A DNA stretch of 63,270 nt, the filler included, from Intoshia linei (lineage: Eukaryota; Animalia; Orthonectida): the NCBI GenBank assembly GCA_001642005.1. It is 4 parts of 4 records of this genome, joined end to end, with 100 filler letters (N's around TTAATTAATTAA, not from the genome) between each part and the next. Parts side by side here need not be neighbours in the genome. Positions count along the whole stretch, not along the records: positions 1 to 15,273 come from LWCA01000926.1; 3 more parts are not named here. One strand, 5' to 3'. Positions 1 to 11,800 of the stretch are shown piece by piece. Position 1 is the stretch's first letter. Each line of letters opens with the position of its first letter. Below the pieces are notes generated by a model. That model worked only from the letters and a program-made list of their open reading frames with translations, ran no database searches and was not told the DNA's origin. Position numbers and translations under genes: made by a program.

Positions 1-313
1 GTGCTATAATAAGTGCAACTTCATACGAGGCTGATAAAACGGCAGACATTGGTTGACAAAAATTATTTTTTATAACTTGCTTTTGATCAATAGTATCGAC
101 TTTTTGACGTTCAAAGAATGATACATCTTTATAACTATGTTCATGGTGTTTCGTATTTAAATGTCGCTTCATTTTAGAAGGTTTCATAGATTCAGCACTT
201 AAAATAGTGTTGCATAAAACACATTGTGGTTTCACAACACCATCAATCACAATATTTGTAAAACCAAATTTAATATAATCTTCGGTAAATTTACATTTTT
301 TTATATTAGACAT
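1..313 (-). mobile_element. Buster/Charlie-type hAT transposase, N-terminal BED-finger part; runs off window start
   Basis: Manual translation from ATG 313: MSNIKKCKFTEDYIKFGFT...KPQCVLCNTILSAESMKPSKMKRHLNTKH...SASYEVALIIA. The PQCxxC...MKPSKxxRHL..H and ASYxVA motifs are typical of ZBED5/ZBED8/Buster transposases. Confidence 0.85.
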
Positions 314-916
314 AATAAAAAACACTAAAAATCAATATTATAAATGAAAATACAATAATTTGAAAGAATTAACAACAACGATAATAATAAATAAAAATAA
401 ATTTGTATCAGAATAGAAAATTGTTTAGATACCATTTTACCGTAAAATGAACATTTTATAGGTTTAAATTAATTTAAATTAACATTATAAGTGATCTATA
501 ATATTTATTGAATTAAATAATATTAATTAAGNTTTAAATGTCGCTTCATTTTAGAAGGTTTCATAGATTCAGCACTTAAAATAGTGTTGCATAAAACACA
601 TTGTGGTTTCACAATATTTGTAAAACCGAATTTAATATAATCTTCGGTAAATTTACGTTTTTTATATTAGACATAATAAAACACACTCTAAATCAATATT
701 ATAAATGAAAATACAATAATTTGAAAGGATTTGAAAGAATTAAAAACAAATAAGATAATTAACAATAACGATAATGTAAAAATAAAAATGTATCACAATA
801 GAAAATTGTTTAGGTACCATTTTACCGTAAAATGAACATTTTATAGGTTTAAATTAATTTAAATTAACATTATAAGTGATCTATAATATTTATTGAATTA
901 AATAATATTAATTAAG
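155..916. repeat. Imperfect tandem duplication (~155-531 vs ~533-916) across a single N
   Basis: Near-identical copies. The second lacks a ~15-nt segment between short CACA repeats and has a duplicated TTTGAAAG. The junction is at N532. Confidence 0.85.
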
Positions 917-941
917 TTAACCTATAATAAATTATTTAATT

Positions 942-3900
942 CTATTTTAATGCAATCGGAAGTAATCGAATACTACAAGCTATATCATCGAGGTGTTGAT
1001 CCCAATCTAAAATTTGTTGATTACAAACAACTAACAGTTTTTCGCGTATAATACGATTAAATCTTTCAGCCATACCATTTTCCTGGTGTTGATAAATCTT
1101 TGACATGGATTTTATAATATCAAACATTTCACATAACATTTTAGTTAGATTACAGTTAAACTGTTGACCTTGATCAGTTTGTATCTGTTTGGGTGGTCCA
1201 TATCTAGTAATAATATTAGATAATATAACACGGCACGGCAAACGGTTTCAGCTGTAATATTATTAACTGCTATTAGTTCTGGCCAACCCGAAAAGTGATC
1301 AACCATAGTTATAATATAACGGTTTTGGTTAGATGTGAAAGTAAGAGGCCCTAAAATGTCTATTTGCCAAAGTTGGTTAAATTGTTCTGTAATAACAGGT
1401 TTCAATTTTTTGTTATTTCGTACTTTGGAAATATTGCATTTGTCACAACTGGCAATAAAATTTTGTAAGTATTTAGACAAGTTGGGGATTAAGAATTGAC
1501 TGTTAAGAAGTTTGTACAACTTCGTCATACCAGGATGACAATACAGCGGAGAATTATGATAAAATGAAATTGAATCTGATATGAGGTGAATTAATACTAC
1601 AGGAACAATTAAATTATTTTTGTTATACATAATGGTATCCCTTTGTAGTAATAATTTATCATAATATTTGATGTATTTGTACAGAGTTGACCTTGTAAGC
1701 GATGTTTAATGTTTTGCAAGTCAATGTCTTTACCTTGTTTAAGAGATATATTAAACAAGGGCACATTAGTGATAGAATGAATTTTTGTTGGTGTAAGACG
1801 GGACAAAAAATCTACGGTCATATTGTATTTACCAGATTGGTACTGAATAATATAATTAAATTGCTCCATTTTCTGTATCCACCTTTTAGCTCTATCAGAA
1901 ATATTATTAGAATTTCGAATATTAACAAGTGGTTTATGATCGGTATATACTATGAAATGTCTACCTATCAAATAGTATTTTCATTTTTGAAATGCCCAAT
2001 AAATTGCAAATAGTTCCTTTTTGACTGTGGGATACTTTGTTTGTGGAGGACTAAGACCATGGCTGATGTACTCTATAGCACGCTGATCTTGCAGTAAAAC
2101 TGCTCCGACACCAATATTGGACGCGTCTGTCTGGAGAAAAAATAATCTTTCTGGTAATGGAGACTGTATAGAGGGGGATGAGTTATTGCGTATTTAAGTT
2201 TTTTTAAGGATGTTTTACATGTCTGTGACCATTGAAATTTGTTTTTAAGACATAATAGATCGTTAAGTAGGGCTGTAATTTCTGCATACTTTGGTATGAA
2301 TCTTCGTTGATAATTAAATGACCCCAGTAAAGATCTAACCTGTTTCACGTTTTGTGGGAATGGTATTCGTTCAAGAGCTTCCACCTTACATGGATCGATA
2401 AAAATACCATATTTATTTAGTACACGACCCAAAAACTTAACTTCTTGAAATCCTATAGTGCATTTTGAAGGCTTAAATGTTAAGTTAGCTTTACAGATAC
2501 GAGTGAATAATCTTTCTAGGTTGAGAATGTGCTCTTCGATTGAATTAGAAGCCACAATAATGTTATCTAAATGTACCCATACGTTGTCTAATTCACGGTA
2601 TATCTCATCCATTAAATTTTGGCATGATGATGGTGCATTTGTAAGACCGAATGGCATAACTTTGAATTGAAACAATCTGTTATTATAGCTGAATGCCGTT
2701 TTATATCGATTATTTTGGTGCAAAGGTATTTGCCAAAAGCCATTTGATAAGTCAAATGTGGAATAAATAGATTTATAAGCTAATTCATCAATAATATAAC
2801 GTTGATTAGCAGATAAGTAACATTCTTTTCTGATAATACCATTAAGACGTTTAAAATCGATTACCATACGATGACCACCATTCTTTTTTGGTACAAAGAA
2901 AGCTGGTGAACGGAATATACTATTTTTAATTGGTTCGATAATGTCCCACTCCAACATATTGTCAATTTGTTTTGCAAAGTATTTTTAAAATTACACGGAA
3001 TAAAATATATAGGAGATTTAAATCCAGTATCATTTGTAGTATCAATTTTATGATGATAAAGAGAGGTACGACCTGGAATAATAGAAAAAATGCCATTAAA
3101 TTTGTCTACACAGCCCTGAAATAAATGGTTTAATATATTGACTGTTTTATTAGCAATATCAGGTTTAATGAATAAGGGAACAGTTTTACTTTTAATTGCA
3201 TTAATATAAATAAGATTATCTTCCAGATTCTGGCATTGACTTTTATTAAAATGGAGAAGTCCTAGTTCATTGGAAAGTTCATATCCTATAATATTCATGT
3301 AGTCTGTTAGATAAAATATTTTTGTGTTATTATATAATTTTAGAACAATACTACCGTATATTTTAATGGAATTTTAGGTGATAGTAACTATTAATATTAA
3401 CTACCTATTAATTAGGTTTACGGGTGACCCGGAATCAATTAAAAACTTTATAGGTATAATACAATTGTTAATAGAGAATTTTAAATTTACTTGAGATGTG
3501 CTGTGATTTGAAACTGTATTGATTTGCATTTGTCCATTCAACCTTTTTTTATATTCACAAGCTGGTTCCAAATGGTGAAATTTATTGCATTTACTGCCAG
3601 TATGTCCTTGGGCTGGGCATAAACTGCGCAATCTACAGTTTCCTTGACATCCTTTGCAGGTAATTATATTTATTAAATTATGTTGTTTAATAGTCTCCAC
3701 AGTTACAGTCAATGATGGATTATTTAATTTTATAATAACATTTTGTACGGTCTTAGATGTGTCATGGATGAAAATGTGATCTCTTAGTATGTGATCTACT
3801 TCATCGTATTTGCACCGTTCCGCTGCTTTTCTAAGCTGGTGTACGTAATTATCTATATCTTCCTCCGATTTAATACGCATGGTGGAAAATTATAGTCTTT

Positions 3901-4162
3901 CATACATTATATTTCTTGAATCCCAGGAAATTATTAGTTTTTTTACTTCTTTAAGGTTAACTTTTGTGGTGCCTAATTTTTGTTGGCCCTCATTTCCTAT
4001 GCACAATTGTAGTTAATTCAACTCGTCTACAACTTCCCTATTTGCCAGTTTTAGCATAATAATGTAATCATCGAAATCATTAATCCATTCGTTTGGATTT
4101 TGGCTTAATTTGCCTTGTACAATCAGTACCTTGTGTGGATTTATGGTGAAATTTTCCGTCAT
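942..4162 (-). mobile_element. Degenerate Ty3/Gypsy LTR retrotransposon internal region (gag-PR-RT-RNaseH-IN)
   Basis: Gag with degenerate zinc knuckles; protease LIDSGS; RT (SPAFFVPKKNGGHRMVIDFKRLN, DLSNGFWQI, MPFGLTNAP, YxDD mutated to HLDN); RNase H YTDHKPL; integrase HHCC, WQIDILGP, TDQGQQF, NGMAERFN. The RT-RH-IN order is Gypsy. Many frameshifts; no LTRs found. Confidence 0.93.
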
Positions 4163-5021
4163 GGCTTGAATTAAATAATTGTAATGTAACAGATAAGTGT
4201 TCTATTATTATTTTTTTAATCAACATTGGCGTAGTTGTGTTGCATTCCTTTTAATTTAATTAATCTCTACATTTGTTTGTCCGAAAACTGCAAATAAAAA
4301 ACATAATTTTGTATAATGGTCAAAAAATCATGACGTAAATTTAATAAATGAAAAGATTTATTACTCACTAATAAACAATTGATAATTATACATTTATAAT
4401 CATCAAAATTTTGGTAAATAATAAAGTTTAAGTTTAATTTTGGTAGTTTTTAAATTAATGTAATTTTAAAAAAAGGATTTTATGTTAGTTAAATTACAAA
4501 ATTGGCAATATATATAATTTCAGTATACATTAAAAACGCTTGAGCTGCAATTACCATAAATCTAGCTCAATCTGATACTTAAATTGATTTTTTTTGCATC
4601 AATTCTACTTGATAATACATGAAAATATTTGATTGTAATAATATTGATTAAGCGTTATGTTTATAATAAGCAAATGGCTATTTATTTTTATCAAATATTA
4701 AATTTTATTTTTTAAAATTTAACTGGTATATGCAATACATATAATGCGTCATATATAACATTCATCGCTCAATTAAATTTATCTAGTTTAAAAGAATCTA
4801 TAATTTACTAAAAATGCAACTATGCAATCCATAATTTTAAAGTTGGTTAATTTATAATATAATTTATTTTATGCTAAAATTATTGATTAAATGTGTAAAA
4901 TATTACATTTATATATTTTTGTTTCCATTAAATTTGTGTAATAATTTACACATTTCATATATAAAACATTTTCATTTAAATAATATACCACGTCATTTTT
5001 ATATATACTTTGTCAATTAAA

Positions 5022-8000
5022 TGGATTCAAAATTTAATATTAATGTATTTATTAATTTATCTGAATGTTATTTTAGATTTTATATCTTGTTTTAAATCTT
5101 TACATTGATATCAATGAAAATGAACAACATCTGTTGGATCAACCTATACCAGGTATAATGTATACACATTGCAATGCATTAGTGCTATAATGTTGAAAAG
5201 ATAAAACTAACTTAGGTATTTGGGTCCTGTAGATCAGGTGTTCCCAACGTGGCCATGATTGTCTGGCTAAGATCAACAAATATTTTTAATATTTAACATT
5301 AAAAATGTGTAGTATTCGTTATTATGATAGATTCGTTATTATTATGTCATTATTATAGAGGCACGTTTTGCGATTGCAATAATAATAATAATAATGCTAA
5401 TGAATATAAAATGTAAGTACAAAATGAAATTATCAAAATTACAAAATATATAAAAGTAAGTACAAAATGAGATTTCAATCTTACGCATTAGACTATAAAC
5501 ACGCCCATTTATTCATTATTTTCATTTTTTTGATACGCATGAAATAATTTAAATTGATAACATGTTATTTTCGCTAGTAAATTTAATTGCTTGTTACAAA
5601 TATTAAAGTATCAAAATTTCATTTGAATACTTTGTTTATAGAACTACACTTTTTGATAGAGGCGTGTTTATTCTGTAGCTAGTTTATTCCCACTTTTGTA
5701 TTTAAATTTTTGACATTTAGCTTATCAGCTTTTGTATAGTTTCATGTAAAAAAAACAATCAAAGTGTCTAATAGTTAAATATGGCTATCCACTACCTTTA
5801 CATGCTTTACTAACTATGTAACTTATTTCGAGGAACTTTGTTTTGCCATTCAACATTAGTAATGAATCATAATTATAGTATAAGTATAAATATAATCATA
5901 ATCATAGTAAATTAAGTGAAATTGATTCATTATTAATAAATCATTAGTATCTCAATTAATAACAACTTAGTAAGTTAAGTAATTAAAATTGAAAAGAAAT
6001 GCATATTTTGATGTTGCCAAATGATAATATATACTAAACGTGTTCAATGTTAATAAATAACACTGTTAATTGAAAACTATTAATAAAAATAAATTTTTAC
6101 CATGGAAACGTTATTAATGTTCCCTTGATATTAAAGCTGATGTATACTCATTTTTTTTAATATATAGAATGTACCTATAAAGGATATACTGGTCGTCGTC
6201 GTGGTTACATTTGGTTTAATTAAAAATTATTTTAAATTATTAATGTTAAATTAAACTAACTCTATCAAAAACTATAAATTAAATGTATAGGATCAAAAAT
6301 AATTGAATATTTAAACAAAATAATTAACCCATCGGCCATTAAATCGAATTTATCACATCAAACAACAATAAAATGTAAAACAAATCACGTATCTTCACAC
6401 ACGGAAGAATTGAAAAAAATAGGATCTTTAATAAAGAAAAGTTTTACAAAAAAATACTCTGAAGAAAAAATTTTGTATCCAAGATATATGTATCTCGAAA
6501 TATATAAATGTATACTACATTTGATTGGTTTTAATTATATTGGAATTTTTCAATTAAAAAGAGACATTTGGAGTAAATGCTATACGACAGATTGTGATAT
6601 ATTCACTAATCAAAATATGAATATTCAAAGATTTTGTGAAACTAGCGATAATTCAAAAATAAAATTATCATTTCTATCTCAAAGTTATGATAATTTGGGA
6701 TGTATTCATTTTAAAGATTTCATTTATCCAAATATGCAGGTAAGATGTATTGTGTATTCTCAATTTTGTTTTTTAGAAAAATTTTAGAAATAACAATATC
6801 ATCAAAATAATAAAAAACTGTATTATTACGTTTATTTATATTTATTTTTTATAGCTACTTATTACTTTAATATTACGCGAGTTTTCAGTGAAGTGAAATT
6901 TTTGCTTTTAAGAAATGAAAACAAAGTTCAGGTAGTTTTTAAAGGCAGATATGTGTGAAATTAGATTGTCAGGTATATTATCATACTATAAAGTAACCAT
7001 TTAGTTATTCATATTTGGCATTAAGGTAAGACCCTTGGAAAGTCTTGAATAGGTGATTAGGACTTTATGACACTATATCGTTTGCCAAAAATTTTTTAGT
7101 GGCTACTTAATATTTTCGTGTGGTCTCCAGCTTGGAACGTTCGGCTCTGCTTAGTACATCCGTTTTCAACTTCAAATGTGCAGATTAATACTGGTTCTAA
7201 TTAAATTTAACAATGAACATAGTCTAAGAGCGTAATGTAGTGATACTAGCTTAGTAAGGTTATTTCTGGAACGGTGAGTTGTAGAGATTTATTTAACGTT
7301 GTTTATCTAGGGGACACTTTGAATAATCTAAATGATTGTGGAACACGTAATATCAATACCTTCCATTTTGTTACAGCTTTTTATTAACCTAAAATCATTT
7401 TTATTCATGTTAATTACCCTTCTAAATTCAAAAGATTTATTATTCACTATAAAAAAGTTTTTGTACACTTTTTTGTGTACAATTTACACATACAGACTAT
7501 ACAACCAGTTGTGTATTAACGCGCGGCCATATCGAAATTTGAGTCGGTAGCTATATTATTCGTTTTAACCGAATTCTTTTAACTTATTAGTTTAGAAAAA
7601 GAAGCAATCTTATACCAATAATAGAAGTACAAAGCATGTTGATCATCAGTTCAAATCGTAAACACTAATAACAAAGTACATATACATTTTAGTTTAATTC
7701 ATTTCACAAATGATTGGTCTACTTTGGATCCATTCCTAAATAACGATTATAGAAATAATCATTGGAAGCAAAATTTAAACAAAAAACGTGCTCATGCTGA
7801 GATATTACAGTATTTTTTATAGTAAACCAGCTTTTCTGTTTGTAAAATGAAATTTTGCGAAAATTATTCTATCAATTGAGAATATTGATAATTTAAGTTT
7901 TAGACGCACTGAAATGAGAAAACATTTATGGTTTTTGGGATACATGCATGATATGTTAAATTCAAAAATTGGACTAGAATTATTTCATATATATTTGAAA

Positions 8001-8773
8001 AGTGAATTTAGCAATGAAAATTTAGAATTTTGGATGATATGTAATAAATATCCATTTCTACCAATTAGTAAAATTAAAGAAACTGTAGAAATCTTAGTCG
8101 AGTATATATTTATTTTAATTGTAAATATGCTAATGTAGTAATTTTATTTATATAGGAAATATCTCAAAAAGAATGCTTTGCATGAAATTAATTTAGATAA
8201 TAAAATAATATCAAGTACTGTTCAAAAATTAAAAAATCCTGATAGGTATTAATAACCCTTAGACTTCAAACAACACATGTTTGTTATTTATAAGTAAAGA
8301 TCAAAATAACACACCTGCGTGTTATTTTAATTTGACATCAGTGGACACGCCCAGTTCTATTGTTAAATTTTGGAATGCGTTCAAAAATATATTACTTACT
8401 AATACAACCTTGGTAATGTATACAAAACTTAGCTAAAAAACAATTCTATTCAGTAAAACTCAAACTGTCTGAGTCAGACATGATGTAATGTGTTTTCATC
8501 ACGGTTCGTCTACCATTACTCAAGTACTAAACAACATTGCAATGCACTTAGACTTAGATTAAGTCTTTGTTTATGAAATTTATTTCAATTTACGTTTTGT
8601 ATCAAAATTATATCTACACGTCTAAGGGTTAATTACATTACCATTAATTTTATTTTATTCACATTATTAGATTTTCATTATTACCAATCCAAAAGTCTAT
8701 AGAAATGTTAATAAAAAATGACAGTTTTGGAAGATTTGTTAGATCAGAGATATTTAGACTTTATAAACCTTAA
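5022..8773 (+). CDS. R7-family regulator of G-protein signalling (RGS6/7/9/11, EGL-10/EAT-16-like), multi-exon; 5' exons approximate
   Basis: RGS domain over exons 7904-8096, 8156-8245 and 8671-8773: GLELFHIYLKSEFSNENLEFW...EINLD...NPDRFS...MLIKNDSFGRFVRSEIF*. It is preceded by a GGL-like segment (7692-7787, WSTLDPFLNNDYRNNHW vs RGS7 YDPFL..SNPW) and a possible divergent DEP exon (6291-6739). Confidence 0.8.
8256..8628. mobile_element. piggyBac-like MITE in the last RGS intron
   Basis: Terminal inverted repeats CCCTTAGAC...GTCTAAGGG, flanked by ATAA (left) and TTAA (right). Confidence 0.7.
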
Positions 8774-8820
8774 CTGTGTAAATAAAATAAATTTTATCAT
8801 TAAATTTTTATAAATATATT

Positions 8821-11800
8821 TTAAAACTTGGGTATTTTATTTATAAACAGGTTTTTTTTTAGTTGTTTTACGATATTATCCATATTTAAAATTTTTAAAA
8901 TTCGTAATAATTCTGAAATTGTTGCTTTTTTGCAATGTTTTACTCTCCATTCATTCAAGGTTAATCTAATTTTTGTTGGTAATTCTTCCTTTTTTTTCAT
9001 TAAATTTAATTTTTCTACAGTTTCTTTGTTTAATTGAAATTTTTTGATTAAACTGTTTATTTCATATTTTGACATGTTCTCGCTAATATAATTAAATACT
9101 GAATCAATTTTGATATCTAAAATATTTGTTAAGAGGCTATTAGTATAATGAGAATACAATCCTTCCTTACATAAAGTATAATAGTTAAAAATGTATGTCT
9201 GTTTATGGGTGACTACTTAAATCCAACCATTTTTACTAAAATCCAACCATTTTTACTTAAATCCAACCATTTTTAATAAAAATTAAAATTTACCAACACT
9301 AAAAGGAAAAATTCAGTTTTAAAAACCCTTTAGGGAAAATTCCAGTTTTACCAACCTTTAAGGGAAAAATTCAGTTTTACAGAATTGCGGAGTATCCCAT
9401 AAAAACTCAATATCACAAACAAAACAAAATGAAGTTCACAAATAGAAAGATTAGTGATAAACAAGTTATCCCGGAAGCATCAGATTCAATCAAAGTTTTC
9501 ACGTAAAACCAACAGTTAACCCATATGGTGAAACTACCAAGGGTTTCCATAGTTTTTTAATATGCCTTGCCTTCGTCAGTCGTAATTGTTTGAATTATAC
9601 ACTGTTTACCTCTCTTTTTGCATGTCTGTTTCAGAAAATTCAGCCCTTCAAGCACGCTGTTTGCATTTTCTTTTTCACATAAAAGGTTGGTAAAATTGGG
9701 ATTTTTCATTAGGGGTTTGTAAAAGTGGATTTTTCCTTAAAGGTTGGTAAAACTGGAATTTTCCCTAAATCGCTTTTAAAACCAAATTTTTCCATTAAAT
9801 ATTGGTAAAAGTGGGTTTTCCCATAAGGGTTGGTAAAACTGGAATTTTCTCTAAAGGGCTTTTAAAACCGAATTTTTTTATTAAAGTTTAGTAAAAGTGG
9901 GTTTTCCCATAAGGGATAGTGAAATTGAGATTTTTTTTTAGGGATTTGTAAAACTGGAATTTTCCCATAAAGGTTGGTAAAATTTGGATTTTTCCTTAGT
10001 CGTTTGTAAAAGTGGGTTTTTAGTAAAAATGGTTGGATTTAAGTAAAAATGGTTGGATCTAAGTAAAAATGGTTGGGTTTAAGAATATTCTCTTTGTTTA
10101 TTTGGTTGTTTTTCACAGTGTATTTATATATATATAAAATTTATGTATATGCAATTTATGGTAATGCTTATGATTTTAAAAACCATCCACGAATTTATGT
10201 TTTATAAAATTGTAGGACATGTTTCATTTTTAAAACAAAGGGTAATGTATGGTTTTGGCCGTGAAGATATTTTGAAATCAAAATTGATCATAATGTTAAT
10301 GATTTAAAAATCTTTATCAGATTGTGTAGTTTTTATAATTGTAGGTCTGGTTTGAATTTTAAAAAATAATAATATTTGGTATATATAATAATATAAGGAT
10401 AATTTGGTTTTTTGACCTTGAAGGACTTACTTTCTGAAAATGAAAATTTAATAAAACATCCCCATCGAAAAACTGTAATCGACATATGGAATTTTTAATA
10501 CTCGACTCATCTTACTTTTTTAAATAAACTGGAACAAACAGATAAATAAATAAACCGACATACATTTTTAACTAACATGTAAATTATTTTACATAAGTAA
10601 GGATACGTAATCAGAACAAGACTTTGGATAGAGTTTTGAAAATAGTTATTTTCGTGGTTACATTACATCTGATCGTAAATTATATTTGACTATAATAATA
10701 TTTATATGGTTAACTAAAGTAACTATTTATATGATTAATGATATGGTGTGGTAAGATCTTGTATAGTGTGGTGTGTAAGGTGTGGGTACAGAGTTTTGTA
10801 ACTGGACCTGAAGCACAAACTATAAACTTTCATCAAAACAACCATTGAATAGCTTTTAACTAAAATGTACATTTCATTAGGTATGTGAATTAAATTCACT
10901 AAATTTTAATTTTTAAAATTGATACCAAAAAAAATAAAAAAATAGCTTGGGAGAAATTGGGTTATGCATTGAAAAAATTATATTCTTAAATATCATAACT
11001 ATTTTGGTTATTAAATTAAAAAATTCAAATCAAAAACCTTATATATGTGGCTATGGCTATATGAAACTACGCACGTTTTGCGAAAAAGTGTCTTAGGTGA
11101 CTATTTTTCATTTTCGAGTGGCCTCGAGGTGGTGGATTCGGCTCTAGATGTAATAATACCTTCAATTAATTGATTGTTTTGTAAATAGCTTGATATAGTT
11201 TCAATAGAATATCCAAGTGTAATTGGCAAAGGTGGAATTTTGAGTGGATTATTTTCCAACGAAACTTTAACAGATTTAGATAATTTACAAAAAGAAATTG
11301 GTAATTTTTGTATGCAATTATTTTGCAAATAAATTTGTTGAATACACGACATTTCATGAAAATTATCACTAACATTATCAATTTTATTTGAAGTAAGCGA
11401 AAGTTTTTTTAAACGTGGAGCCATCATGAGATATTTAGAAAATTCTGTAATATTATTATCATCAAAGGCCAAAAAGGAAGCATTGGAATGTTGTACAAAG
11501 CATGGAATTTTACTAGCCTTGGTTCCCAATTCTTGACAATATATAATAGTTTCAATGTTCTTTAAATGAAACATAAAATTTGGAATTTCGCAAAATTTGT
11601 TATTAGATAAATCTAAAAACTTTAATTGATTCAAATGTTGTAATTTATCCGGTAAAGTAGATATTTTATTTTGAGCTAAAGACAAATACTGAAGATTTCT
11701 TAAATTTGAAATACTAATTGGAACACTTTTAAGAGCATTAAAAGACAAATCCAAACTATTCAAATTAATTAATAAATCAATATTTGAATCTAAACTTAAA

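Noticed and set aside
532-916. Biological tandem duplication of the Buster 5' end
   Set aside because: The junction coincides with a single N and the copies differ like haplotypes; more likely an unmerged contig overlap.
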